Shown: one piece after another, positions 28,267-39,206 of the stretch
Numbering within the stretch: the stretch's first letter is position 1
Layout: the number at the start of each line of letters is the position of its first letter
Virus record (IMG/VR): IMGVR_UViG_3300017971_000203
Origin: a virus
Direction: 5' to 3' (one strand)
Length of the DNA: 64,000 bases
Notes under the pieces: model-generated
What the model saw: only the letters and a program-made list of their open reading frames with translations
Database searches by the model: none
Told to the model about the DNA's origin: nothing
Made by a program: the position numbers and the translations under genes

Positions 28267-28969
28267 CGCCCCCTCCGTTGGTGGCAGCCTCTGGGAACTG
28301 TTCGTACCTTATCAGGACACCGAAGGATTGTCAAGAACCCTTTCGAAAGAGGCCTTCTCTCAGCTCACCCAGGATCTCGGCGGCCTGGGAGTAGAGGTCG
28401 TCGGTGGGGGTCTTGTCGGAGTGGAGCTGTGCCGGCTCGGACTCGGTGCCCCAGCGCTCCAACCCCTGGGTCTCCCGGACGTCTTCGATGAGTTGTTGGA
28501 TTCGGCTCATGGTCTCTCCCTTCAACGTGGGCTACTTCAGAACATGCTCTCTCCACCCTACCGGAGGGGCCTGCGGCGCGTCCAGTCTCCCCAATCTTTA
28601 GCGCGCGCATGTGCGCCCGGCGTGCGGGCGTGAGGGTCGAACGATCGTTTTACGATCGTTCGGCTTCGGACTGGAAGCCGCCTTCCGCCTCCCAGTTCCG
28701 AGCTTCTTGTTTGGCCTCCGTAGCCCGAGCTCTCTCTTCGGCTTTGCGCACCCATACGACCAGCTCTCGGACAGAGTCCCGGGTCAGTTCTTCGAGGACC
28801 AGCTGGGCGAAGCCGCCATCTTCGTAGGGACCGGCCACGAAGACGGCTTCGCACCCGTCACGTTCGACCCTGATGACCGCCTTCTCTTCTCCGAACTGCA
28901 TCTGGCGGAAGATGGTGAGTGCGTAGAACGTCTCATCAGGTATGAAGAGAGCGGTTCCCTCTCCGATAA

Positions 28970-29491
28970 TCACGGTTCGTTCGGCTGTGTCTGGCATGTT
29001 CCATCTCCTTGTAGCATTTGAATGGCCTTTCGGACGTGCTTGTCCTCGAGCCCTTTTTCCAGGCTGGTCTGTACAAGGCCCCTGCCCACAGGCCTCATGT
29101 CGCTGCCATCGTCGAGGATGACGAAGTGCGTCACCTCGGGGTGCAGCTCCAGCCACTCTCTGATTTCGTCGCCCCTTTGGCGGCTGACCATGGTGGGGTC
29201 GTTCCCGGTGCGTCCGATGATTTCCCCGGTGACACCGATCCCCTTGAGAATACCCTTGAGCGCTTCGTGCTCGTGGAAGAGCCGCCAGGCACTGGAGATG
29301 ACGATCTTTGCTCCGGTGGTGTTCGTGATCCGGTTCAACAGAGGAACGTGACGCACATCCAGCTCCCGTTCGGGGTGGTCGTTGAAGGTCTCCCAAAAGT
29401 CGTCCCGCTGGTTCGGATACTCCCGCTCGAGGCGCCGCCACATCTGCATGCTGTTGAGCACCCCGTCGATGTCCAGGAAGAGCACTTTCAC
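28970..29491 (-). CDS. HAD-family phosphatase (Swiss-Army-Knife RNA-repair-like HAD)
   Basis: KVLFLDIDGVLN, KIVISSAWR, RGDEIREWL, FVILDD. Confidence 0.88.
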   Translation of the reverse strand: MKVLFLDIDGVLNSMQMWRRLEREYPNQRDDFWETFNDHPERELDVRHVPLLNRITNTTGAKIVISSAWRLFHEHEALKGILKGIGVTGEIIGRTGNDPTMVSRQRGDEIREWLELHPEVTHFVILDDGSDMRPVGRGLVQTSLEKGLEDKHVRKAIQMLQGDGTCQTQPNEP

Positions 29492-30082
29492 TTTTTCCTC
29501 CGTTTGCGCTTCCGGCGGCGAGCCGCCCGGGACGGGAACTTCAGCTGGAAGATCACGCACGCGCCCGCGCGGGTGAGACCGCACTGGTAGGTCTCTTTGA
29601 AGAACCACCCTTTCCTGCGGTCGCTCACGTCTTTTCCTGCTCCCGGATGGCCTTGATGGTGCTCTCGATGTGCTCTTCGATCAGGCGGTCGTAGACCAGT
29701 CGGGCAGTGTCCCCGACAGCGCTCCAGGAGCACGTGGGACAGTAGAGAGTGTAGTTGTCGTGAGGTTGGCTCTCTTCCATGACTCCCTTGCACCTGGGAC
29801 AACGCCGGAGCAGGAAGTCCCGCTCGTAGGCGCAGTCCACGAAGCCCTTGTTGGCCAGGACCGACACGATGCTGAGGTGCAGCTTCTTGACGAGCCCGTT
29901 GGGGACGGATTCCTCGAAGAGAAAGGTCTCCCCGGCGTTGACCACATGGAGCACGATGTCCTTGGCCTCTTCCAGGTCGGAGGCCCGTACTTCAATGCGG
30001 AAGACCCCGCCCCTGGGAATGAACACCGCGCTGTTGTAATCCGTGCGGATCACGGTGTAGGGCTCTTTCTCGGCTGTCATCT

Positions 30083-30391
30083 TCATGGTTCACCTCCTCT
30101 CGATTCCGAGAGGTTGGGCGGCTTCGTAGCCGTCACGTGTGTTCCGCATTTCCAGCAGTACTGGAAGTCTCGAGGGCTGCCGTTGCTCAACCACGCGAAC
30201 TCCAGCACCACGCCGCAGTCCGGGCAGGGCTTTCCTGACACCCCCGAACTGTACTGGTAGCGCAAACGCTCCGCGCCGTCCTTCAGGGCCCTCCTGACTG
30301 TGGAGCTCCGGCTCGCCCCCATGGCCGCTGCGAGGGCGTCCAGGGCGTCCAGGAACTCGTCCTCGACCACGATGTGGATGCGCTTGCTCAT
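30083..30391 (-). CDS. ribbon-helix-helix (CopG-like) plus Zn-ribbon protein
   Basis: RIHIVVEDEFLDALDALAAAMGASRSSTVRRAL; CPDC..CWKC. Confidence 0.75.
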   Translation of the reverse strand: MSKRIHIVVEDEFLDALDALAAAMGASRSSTVRRALKDGAERLRYQYSSGVSGKPCPDCGVVLEFAWLSNGSPRDFQYCWKCGTHVTATKPPNLSESRGGEP

Positions 30392-30707
30392 GGTTCCTCC
30401 TTCTCTACCCAGGGCGTCCAGATGTGCGGCGGCAGCCGGTGTGCGAGCTCGTAAGGCTTCTGCATCGTCAGGATGATCAGACGCCCGGAGAGGTGGTGGA
30501 GATAGACCGCCAGGCGGCGCAAGAAGAACTTCGTACCGGCCCGCAAGAGGCCTCTCGTGACGATGTACTTGAGCGGACGACACACGTACTTGGGGGGCAC
30601 TCCGTTCAAGATGAGCACTTTCGGCCGCTTCCCCATGCGCCTCTCCATGCACTTGGCACACGCACAGGGGGCGTCTCTCGAGCGCTCCGTGTGGACGTAC
30701 TCGATTT

Positions 30708-31082
30708 TCATGGCTTCGTGTCCTTGCAGTCGGGGTTGACGGCGTCGAACTTGATCACCTGACCCCCTGGATAGGTAAGCGTGACCTCCATGGACGGAGC
30801 GGGCCCGACCGGGTACCCGTCCAGCGTGACATACGTGACGTAGAGTCGGTTCTCCTCCGTCTGCGCTGCCAGGACGCAATAGCGGGCGTTGTACGGCTTA
30901 ACGTGGATGTAGGCGTCGCCAAGGTCCACAGCCATACCGTCCGCTTCGACCACCGAGATGGTCGCGTGTCCTGATTGCTTCTCCCGGTTGTTGCGCTTCC
31001 GCACACGATCGAGCTCCCACTGGGCAGAAAAGTCGCCGCCTTCGGCCAGCTTCCGCAGTCGTGCGAAGTCGTTGAACTTCAT
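30708..31082 (-). CDS. hypothetical protein with shared N-terminal tag
   Basis: FARLRKLAEGGDFSAQWELDRVRKR. Confidence 0.65.
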   Translation of the reverse strand: MKFNDFARLRKLAEGGDFSAQWELDRVRKRNNREKQSGHATISVVEADGMAVDLGDAYIHVKPYNARYCVLAAQTEENRLYVTYVTLDGYPVGPAPSMEVTLTYPGGQVIKFDAVNPDCKDTKP

Positions 31083-31594
31083 GTTTCAAGCTCTCGAAGT
31101 CGGAGGGGGTTGGTTTCGACTCTCTTCATGCCTTCCAGGAGCAGGTCCCGGAGCGCGTCGTACATCTCACTGTCCCGTTCCTGGAGCGCGTGCAGACAAC
31201 GCTTGCAGGGAGGTCTCTGGCCCTCCTTGGGCTCCCTCCCGGTACCCTTCCACCACGGCCAGCTCATGTCTGCGGGGACGAAGTGAATCCACTCCCCGTT
31301 GATGGGATCTCTCCTACACATCGTGAGGTGCTTTCCGCCGATATCGCACAGGTGTCGGGAGTGGTTGGATCGTCCGATCCACTTCAACTTCAGGCCCCGT
31401 TCCCAGGTCGCGTAGTGCACGAGGACCTCCCGGATTGCCATGGCCGAAGTGGCCAGGTCAGTCATCGCTCGGTCCAGGGAAGCCAGGGCGACCTCGTTCA
31501 CCTGGCCCCTGCGCACGAGCGTGATCAACCTGTAGGCCGCTTCCACATCCCCTTGCTTGGCCAATTCGAGCAGTCTCTCGTGCTCTCTCTTCAT
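31079..31594 (-). CDS. hypothetical protein with shared N-terminal tag
   Basis: HERLLELAKQGDVEAAYRLITLVRRG. Confidence 0.65.
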   Translation of the reverse strand: MKREHERLLELAKQGDVEAAYRLITLVRRGQVNEVALASLDRAMTDLATSAMAIREVLVHYATWERGLKLKWIGRSNHSRHLCDIGGKHLTMCRRDPINGEWIHFVPADMSWPWWKGTGREPKEGQRPPCKRCLHALQERDSEMYDALRDLLLEGMKRVETNPLRLRELET

Positions 31595-32439
31595 CGGATC
31601 CTCGTTTCCAGAAGCCGGATGAGCTCCCGGGCAGCCTGGGGCCGAAGCATCAACTGCAAACGAGCGCCCTTCATGTTGACCCGTCTCGCCTCCACCTCGA
31701 TCTCAAAGCGCCCCAGGAACGTCTTGATGCGGTCTCCGTCGTTCTTCAGCGATGCGTCGCAGGGGCGGTACACCACCTGCTTCTTCGTCTCGGGCTCGTA
31801 GTAATAGTGCTGGTAGCTATACGTCCCGTCGCGTCTTCGGACCTTCACGCGGACGGGGTCCCGCAGAAAACCGCAGAAGTAGCAGCGGTCTCTACCCTCG
31901 AGAGCCTTGGACTCCCAGGAATGGTGGATCTTGTCAGCCATTGAACGATGCCTTGAGCCGCGCCACGGTCCGCCTCATGAGAGTGCACTCATCACAATGT
32001 CCGTGGATGGGTACGAAGCCTCTCTCCCTCCTCAGTGCGCAAGCTGAACACAAGAGCTCCGAGTCTGGAGACCTCGGGGGAGGCGCTGGAGGGCGGGGTC
32101 GTTCCTGTTCCGGGTCTGGGAAGAGGTACTCACGGAGGTTCGCGCCGTAGGGGCTGCTGTACAGGAGCTGACGGAGCTCACTGCGAGGAACCCCGAGCGC
32201 TTCCAGCTCTTATATACGCTGCGGATTTCCGAAGAGGGCTTCTTCGGCCCGGGCCATGCGGTCCTGGAGCCTCTCATGGCGCATCTTGAGATCCGCCAGC
32301 TCGTAAACCACCTCCGTTATCCAGTTGGGATGAAGCACGCCGCCGCGCCTCAGCTCGGCCTTGAGTTCTTTCTGGAGGGTCTGGTCGGAGATCCTCTTGA
32401 AGAGCGCCTCGAGCCGCTGGATGTGCTGTACGCCCTCGT

Positions 32440-33012
32440 TCACGATCCCTCCTCCATGTCGGCTTTCGTGACCCCTTCGAAGGGGTCGTACAGCTTGGTT
32501 CCCACCGCCTGGATGCCGCACCGGAACACCACGCCCCAGCCGCTTGTCGTCATCGGTGTCCACACCCAGCAGTAGGGCGCGAACACGATGATTCGGACGG
32601 TCGTATCTTTGCCGGTCGCCGTCGCTGCCACGCCGATGTGACGACTCTGTGTCCCGATGGACAGGTTGTTGAGCCGGGTCTTGTCTTCCGTTCGTCCGTG
32701 CAGCCTGTAGGACTGAGCCTCCAGGGAGTAGGCCGAAGGGAGCCCGGGGACTTCTGGTGACAGTATGTGGAAATAGGACTCCGGGAGAATTGCCTCGTAG
32801 TCGCTCTGGTACCACACCTCGTCACAGCTCGCCGGAACCACCACGCGGTCTATGGGGAATCGCATGGGGATCACCAGCACGTTGTCCGTGAAGTACAGAG
32901 ACCGAACGAGGTAGTAGACGTCGCAGTCGGGAACAGGCTCCACCCCGTGCAGGCGCATGGCCGCGTGTGTCGCGAGGACCTGCTTTTCGAGAGCTTCGTG
33001 GTCGACGCTCAT
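32440..33012 (-). CDS. hypothetical protein
   Basis: ORF track, in operon. Confidence 0.6.
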   Translation of the reverse strand: MSVDHEALEKQVLATHAAMRLHGVEPVPDCDVYYLVRSLYFTDNVLVIPMRFPIDRVVVPASCDEVWYQSDYEAILPESYFHILSPEVPGLPSAYSLEAQSYRLHGRTEDKTRLNNLSIGTQSRHIGVAATATGKDTTVRIIVFAPYCWVWTPMTTSGWGVVFRCGIQAVGTKLYDPFEGVTKADMEEGS

Positions 33013-33016
33013 CGGG

Positions 33017-34336
33017 TTACACCTTCGTGAAAAGCCACTTGCGGGCGGCTTCTGCGATGCCCTTGGCGACTTGCTTCCACTCCAGTCCGGCCACTTCGAG
33101 CTCGGCTTCGCTCTCCTTGATGACGTCGGCGTTGAAGGCCTTCAGGAAAAGCCCGGTGCCGCGCTTCGTTGGAGCCTCGTCACCGAACACCTCCCCCAGG
33201 ATCTGCTCGCACCGGGCCTCGGTCACGAACATCTCGACGAAGCCTTCGATGCTCTCGGCCACCTCCGGTGCGATCTGGACCGGGGCCTTCTGCTGCACCA
33301 CAGAGTGCTTCTCACCCTTCGTCTTGAACATCAGCTCATGCGCCGGAAGGTACCACGGGAGTGGGTCACCGTTCCCACAGGACACTGGATACCAAACCAA
33401 CCCCTCGCCGACGCCCGAAATGCCGAACGTCTCCTTGACCCAGGTGTCCTCGGCCTCGACGCGCCTCACACAGCCCGCCATGAAACGAGCGTTCTTCTCC
33501 AGGGACTCGCTACTTCCGAAGTCAATCTCCACATAGGAGCTGTACCAGGGCAAGATGAACACGTCCGGGTGAGGCTGGGAACAGAGCGTTTCGATCACGC
33601 CCGGCTCCGTCACCATCTCCGCCTCGTGGTCGAAGCCAACCTGGACGCCGAAGACCACGAAGATCTTCCGGTCGAGCTTCGAAACTGCCATACCCCGCTG
33701 CACACCGGGGCCGCACCACTCTCCGAAGAACGTGAGAGGCTTCGGAGCACCGAGATACTGCTCCCAGTAGTCCCGGTTCTTTTCCACCCAGGCCCGGAAG
33801 CCCTTGTTGTCCTTCACCTCGGGCGTGAGGATACACTTACGGCTCTGCGCCGTAATCCGGCCACCGGCGATCTGAATCGCAGCGTTCGTCCCATGGAGCT
33901 TCACCTTGGCGCAGTAGGACACAACAGGAGGCTTGTACTCCGCACCGACGTGCTCCGCGATCCCCTGAAGGTTCCGAAGCACGTTGTGCAAGAGCTCGAT
34001 CGCTGGCCACTTCACGTGTCGAGGCTTCGTCTTCGGGGAGTAGTCGTCGTGACAGAAGAATTCCGTCAGGTCCGCTCCCTCCTCGTGGTCGGCCTTGTTC
34101 AGGATCATCCCGTAGGACGCCAGACCTCTGAACTTCGCTTTCTTCACCTCGGTACCGTCCCGCAGGATAGCACCCGGGAGCGCCACCGCGACGAGCTCCC
34201 CCTCCTCGTAGATGTGGTCCGAGTTCGCCACCACCTGGACCAACTTCGAATCACCCACAGCGAGGTCGTACACCCAGAGCGTGTCCGCGTTCGGGTGCTT
34301 CTTCCGGGTCTCTACTCGCATCGCTTTCACTGGCAT
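33017..34336 (-). CDS. Rnl2-type RNA ligase with N-terminal tRNA-binding OB-fold
   Basis: KHPNADTL..QVV..VAVALPGAIL..KFRGLASYGM (tRNA-binding domain); KLHGTNA, FFGEWCGPGVQ, GEGLVW, FKTKGEKH ligase motifs. Confidence 0.9.
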   Translation of the reverse strand: MPVKAMRVETRKKHPNADTLWVYDLAVGDSKLVQVVANSDHIYEEGELVAVALPGAILRDGTEVKKAKFRGLASYGMILNKADHEEGADLTEFFCHDDYSPKTKPRHVKWPAIELLHNVLRNLQGIAEHVGAEYKPPVVSYCAKVKLHGTNAAIQIAGGRITAQSRKCILTPEVKDNKGFRAWVEKNRDYWEQYLGAPKPLTFFGEWCGPGVQRGMAVSKLDRKIFVVFGVQVGFDHEAEMVTEPGVIETLCSQPHPDVFILPWYSSYVEIDFGSSESLEKNARFMAGCVRRVEAEDTWVKETFGISGVGEGLVWYPVSCGNGDPLPWYLPAHELMFKTKGEKHSVVQQKAPVQIAPEVAESIEGFVEMFVTEARCEQILGEVFGDEAPTKRGTGLFLKAFNADVIKESEAELEVAGLEWKQVAKGIAEAARKWLFTKV

Positions 34337-34925
34337 TGTCCATCTCCTTCTTGTTGGGGACACCCCCACCAACGCCCCGTGCTGCCCGGTGTACCCTAGT
34401 CTTCGGACCCGTCTTTCGGAGCGTACTTCTGAGCCAGCCGAGCCAGCTCCTCCCGTTCTTTCTGCTCCTTTGCCTCGGCCTGCTGCTTCTTGAGCTCCTC
34501 GAGCGAGGTTTTCCGAAGCGCCCTCACATCGAAGGTCCAGATCGCTCGGGCCTCGATGAGCTGCGCAACTTCGATGATGCTCTCATTCCGCGTCCAGCGG
34601 TCCCTATGTGCGCCGAGGAGAGACCATTCCGAGAAGTTGTAGTGCTCGAGCACGTAGGCCTCGGCCTCTTCCATGGTGTCCATCGGGAGCACTTCGAGGC
34701 ATTCGTTGCAGCCCCAGGGCGCGTGCTTGCACCCCTGGTCGCCCTTGATCCGGAGCAGAAACCGGTGCTCTGGCGGCTCGGGCTCAGGCGACTCGGACTC
34801 TTCTTCTTCTTTGGCCCGCATCTCTATCTGACCGATCCACTTCAGGATGCGCTTCAACCAGGTTCTGTCCTGGGTGCCCCAGTGGCCGAACTCCAGCTCT
34901 TCTTCGATCCGCTCCTCGAGCTCTT

Positions 34926-35429
34926 TCAGGTGTCGCACACCGCCTCCCTGGCCGCCCAACGGCGGTCCCGCTCTTCCTCCCACTCTTTCTCTTCGGCCTC
35001 CCACCGATCGCGCATCTCGGCAATCCGGGGGAACTTCTCCCGGAAGTACTCCTTTTCCTCCTCTTCCTCGTCCACGAACTGCACGTGTTCCATCAGGGTC
35101 GCGATGTCGTTCTCCTGCTGGAGGGTCTCCTTCACCCCCATGAACTCGGCCGGCACACCCAAGCCCGCGAGCAGACGTTCCCGGGCCAGGTCCAGGTCGA
35201 TCGGGAGCAGGTCTGCCGGTGTGACCGTCGTCGGAGGCGTCGTCAGAACGGTTTGAATGGAGAAGGCCGGATCTGGCGGACGCATGGGGGCTGTGTGGAC
35301 GTGCGTCTGGAACAGGACAGCCAGCCTCTGAACGGCGGCCTTCGTTTCCAGGATCAGCCCCTTCATCTCGCGAACAAAGTCCGGCTCGGTTCGGATGCTG
35401 CCGCGCTGCCGGATCACACTCCTACTCAT
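34926..35429 (-). CDS. hypothetical protein with portal-like motif
   Basis: RERLLAGLGVPAEFMG. Confidence 0.5.
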   Translation of the reverse strand: MSRSVIRQRGSIRTEPDFVREMKGLILETKAAVQRLAVLFQTHVHTAPMRPPDPAFSIQTVLTTPPTTVTPADLLPIDLDLARERLLAGLGVPAEFMGVKETLQQENDIATLMEHVQFVDEEEEEKEYFREKFPRIAEMRDRWEAEEKEWEEERDRRWAAREAVCDT

Positions 35430-35956
35430 GGCCGAGCATCCTTGGAAGCCTGCACTGAGCTCCACACGAACTCCGCCTTGGCCCGGTTACATCCTAGCCT
35501 CTGCATGCACACAGCGACGCTTTTTTCGCGGTCGTCCCCGATCATGTCGAGGAGCTCCCTCCGGGACAGTCCGAACTCCGCCATACCTTCCTGAATGGAC
35601 GCCTCACGATCCTCCAGTTGGGCGACCACTTTCTTCATGTGCTCGTCGACGGGGTTCGAAACGCGGGGCACCTCGAGCTCCTGGACGAGCTCCGAGAGCC
35701 ACTCATCGTCAGGCAAAGTGTCCCGATAGCCGGCGACGATCTCTTCGGTGCTGTAACCCGGAGGAACGGCGCACCAGAGCGCCACTTTGGCCCGACTGAC
35801 ATCCCTATCGGTCTCGAGCCGCCAGACCTCTCCGGTCCACTCGGCGTAGCACAGGGCGTAGTTCGTGATCACCAGGGATTCGTTCATCTTCACGTAGGCC
35901 AACAGGCGAAACCCCGCCAGGGGCCGGTCCTTGAAGGTCTTCCAGTTCAGCTGCAT
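35426..35956 (-). CDS. hypothetical protein
   Basis: ORF track, AGGAG RBS. Confidence 0.6.
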   Translation of the reverse strand: MQLNWKTFKDRPLAGFRLLAYVKMNESLVITNYALCYAEWTGEVWRLETDRDVSRAKVALWCAVPPGYSTEEIVAGYRDTLPDDEWLSELVQELEVPRVSNPVDEHMKKVVAQLEDREASIQEGMAEFGLSRRELLDMIGDDREKSVAVCMQRLGCNRAKAEFVWSSVQASKDARP

Positions 35957-36540
35957 TCTTCTGTCTCCTTTTCTTTCAGAGCCCTCTGAAGGGTGCCCCT
36001 CGGGATGCCTAGGAGCTTGCTCACTTTCCGTTGGGAGTAGCCCTTGCCAAAGAGCTCTTCCACGGCTTCTAGGTCGGTCTCTACCCTGGGACGCCCGACG
36101 TGTGTCCCGTTGGCCTTAGCGTGCTGCATACCGGCCTTGACCCGCTCCCTGATGGTGTCGCGTTCGAACTCGGCGAAGGCGGCCACGATGGTGAAGAACA
36201 TCTTTCCGGCGGCACTGGTCGTGTCGATGGTCTCCCGGAGGGACACGAAGTCGACGCTGTGCTCCTGGAAGGTCTCCAAGGCGGTCACGAGCTGCCGTGT
36301 GCTCCGGGCGAAGCGGTCGAACTTCCACACAAGGACTACGTCCAGCTTCCCGGTGATCGCATCCTTCATGAGCTTGTCGAGCGCCTTCCTGGAGGCCTTC
36401 GCACCGGAGACACCTTCGTCGACGTACTCCCTGTGCTTCCAGCCGTTGAGCTCCACGTACTTGCGGAGCTCCTCAAGCTGCATCTCGACGCTCTGATCCT
36501 TCGTGGACACCCTGGCGTAGATCCCGGCCCGCTTTTTCAT
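35947..36540 (-). CDS. small serine recombinase (resolvase/invertase family)
   Basis: YARVST.DQ, DEGVSG, VWKFDRFARS, IDTTSAAGKMFF..AEFER..IRER..AG, C-terminal HTH. Confidence 0.95.
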   Translation of the reverse strand: MKKRAGIYARVSTKDQSVEMQLEELRKYVELNGWKHREYVDEGVSGAKASRKALDKLMKDAITGKLDVVLVWKFDRFARSTRQLVTALETFQEHSVDFVSLRETIDTTSAAGKMFFTIVAAFAEFERDTIRERVKAGMQHAKANGTHVGRPRVETDLEAVEELFGKGYSQRKVSKLLGIPRGTLQRALKEKETEECS

Positions 36541-38000
36541 GACGACCCCTCAGCTCTCTTGAGCAGCCGTGGCATCAACACCCAGCGCATCTGGGAGTCG
36601 GGGGCGACCACCTCTTCGTCGCGCCCCTTCGGGTGCTCGGCGATCATCTTGTCCAGGAAAGCCACCGCTTCACACTCCTCTTTGTGAGGAGAAAAGGCAG
36701 CGCAGAAGTCTCTGTACTCGCCCAGGGTCCCGGGACAGGGGTTGCCTTCTTCGTCTTTTCTCATCGTGTCCTCCGTTACACGTCCGACGCTTGGCGCGTC
36801 CGTTGATAGTCGGTCTCACGCTCTTCGACGTACTCGCCCCGGTGTTTCCGCCCCACGCGGTTGATCGTCCACCAGGGCGACCAGGGCTCGGAGCGCTTGT
36901 TGCGAAAGCGCACCTTGGCGTTCTTCTTCAGCTTGTCTGCCGGCAGGTACGTGGTCGTCCACCACGTCTCTTCGGTCTCGGGGTCGTCCCGGTACAGCGA
37001 ACACTGGCAGTAGTACTCATGGCGTGGCATCGGTCTCTTCCTTGCGCTCCCGGTACCAGACGAAGCCGCACTTGTCGTCGCATTCGGCCACACAGAGGGT
37101 CTCCAGGCGGTAGTGCATCGCAGGAGCGCAACCGCACTTCGGGCACAAGTCGCCACGGACACCCAGGACATCTTCGCTTCGGCCCCCGAGTTCCGGTGGT
37201 AGCCTGATGTAGTCAGGGGTGCCGATGAGCAGGGCGCAGGAGCCGTCCAGGTCTTCACGCATGGGGAGCTGTCCCGGGAACTTGTCCAACCAGAGTGTGC
37301 TCATGGCTTCCTCCCGTAGAAGAGGCGCGTGAGCACCTCCCATTCCGTTCGTTCACGGAGCTTCTTGATAGCGCGCGCGGGCGCGCCCAGGTACGTGTAT
37401 TCGAGGAGCGCCACGAGGGCCGCCTGGCTATTCTCTCTCAAGTACTGCCAGGTCTGGAGCCACGGGGGCTCGGCCTTGTTCTCTTCTTCGAGCTGCACCC
37501 GAAGGTCGAGAAGCGCCTGGATCCGGTGCGCGCTCGGCGAACCCACTTCCAGGAAGCCGTTCTCGAGCTCTTCCCGGACCTTCTCGTCGATTCGTCGCAG
37601 TGTTTCATGGCGGTGCATGGGTGTCCCCCTCCGTTGGAACTGCACACATCGTGTGTCGATGTGACACCACACACCGTAATAGGTCGCTATTCGATTGTCA
37701 AGCGGAAAAGAGGAAAAAGATCAGACGGAGTAGACGGGGGTGTCCGAGAGGACCATGGCGTCGAAGATGGCGAGCCCGATCGGGAGCTTTCTTCGGCGGC
37801 ACTTCGGACACTCGAGGCTACCTCCATCGGAGTCGACCATGTGCTCCCGGCACTTTCGGTCGGGACAGTCCGAGGGCAGCAGGGTGGACTGGTTCTCCAG
37901 GACGGTACTGTGGTTCAAGTCTGCTCGAGGCATGGCGCCCTCCTTCGGGTCCTCTCCCCAATCTTTTGTATACCCGGAAACGAACGCTTCCGGGCCACTC

Positions 38001-39206
38001 TCACCAGCTTCCATCGCGAACGGTCTCTGTGTCGACCACCTTCGGGGTGCCGCAACTGACGACCTCCTCGACCGGGGCGCTCGAATCGTCCTGTTGACCC
38101 TCTAAGCCCTTGTCCTTGTCCATCTCGGAGATGGTCTTCACCTTGCCCAGCGTCTCGGAGGCCTCCACGTCACCAAGGTCCTTGTCGTAGAGGTCGAACC
38201 AGGGGATCCCGGCCGCGAAGTACTCGTCCTTGCCGATGGGGCTCGGGGGCGGCGCTTCGCCGGTGATCTGCTGGTACATCTCCGCGTTCACCAGGTGGAC
38301 GAACACGCGCTGCTTGCAGTCCTGGTCCCAGACATGGACACCGTGGGGGTCGGGATAGACCTGCTGACGCATCGAGCCGCCCGCACCCATCCCCATCAGA
38401 GCCGCCTTCGGGGCGTTCTCCTGGAAGCTCCTCTTCGCGTGTCTCCGAATCACCGTGGGCTTGATGGCGTGCCTCATGAAGCCCTTGGCAACGCCTTCAG
38501 GGGCTCCCGCAGGCGCAGTGCTGCACAGGACCGCGCTCTCGAGGGTGTGCCCGCCGCTGGTCTTCACTTCCCCGGAGTAGCTCTCGAAGCCGTCGTCGCC
38601 GTCCCAGCCGAGGCTCTGCCCGGAGGCTCCGCCAGCAGTCGCAAAGCCGCCCTTCGCGACACCGCGGGAGCGCGTGCCTCTGCGCTTCTTGGGCTTCGGG
38701 AAGTGCTCTCGCTTGCCCGGGTAGACGGCCAGCTGCAGGCCGCCGTGCTTCTCCTCACCCGTGACCTGACCTTCCACGGTATAGCCCATGCCCAGGGGCA
38801 TCGCCACGAACTGGCTGACCTTGCCCTCTTCGGACTTGATGCCGTCGATCCACTTCTGGGGCGGAGCCACGAGGTAGTCCTGCTTGTCCTCGCTGAGACC
38901 GTCCTTCCAGGGCTCACCCGTGATGGCGTCGATCTTCCCGACGCCAACCTTCACGGCGCAGGGCGCGTGCGTGCGCAGTCCGAACTGGATCCACATCGCT
39001 TCGCGCTGGTGGAGCGGCAGGAACACGCCGCCCTTCTCCACCCAGCTGGGCGGCACCTTGTCCTTGTAGTCGTCGATGCGCTTGAGAGGGAAGCGTCCGA
39101 CCGAGCGTGGCAGGGGGTAGGTCTTTCCGTCCTCCGGGAGCCGGAAGGTTCTGTGGAAGACCACGATCAGGTTCTCTGTGTGCAGTTCATTGCCGATGAC
39201 TTTCAT
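38001..39206 (-). CDS. conserved hypothetical protein
   Basis: FHRTFRLPEDGKTYPLP..GRFPL..GGVFLPLHQREAMW..QFVAMPLGMGYTVEGQVTG; start overlaps the end of cassette 14. Confidence 0.8.
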   Translation of the reverse strand: MKVIGNELHTENLIVVFHRTFRLPEDGKTYPLPRSVGRFPLKRIDDYKDKVPPSWVEKGGVFLPLHQREAMWIQFGLRTHAPCAVKVGVGKIDAITGEPWKDGLSEDKQDYLVAPPQKWIDGIKSEEGKVSQFVAMPLGMGYTVEGQVTGEEKHGGLQLAVYPGKREHFPKPKKRRGTRSRGVAKGGFATAGGASGQSLGWDGDDGFESYSGEVKTSGGHTLESAVLCSTAPAGAPEGVAKGFMRHAIKPTVIRRHAKRSFQENAPKAALMGMGAGGSMRQQVYPDPHGVHVWDQDCKQRVFVHLVNAEMYQQITGEAPPPSPIGKDEYFAAGIPWFDLYDKDLGDVEASETLGKVKTISEMDKDKGLEGQQDDSSAPVEEVVSCGTPKVVDTETVRDGSW

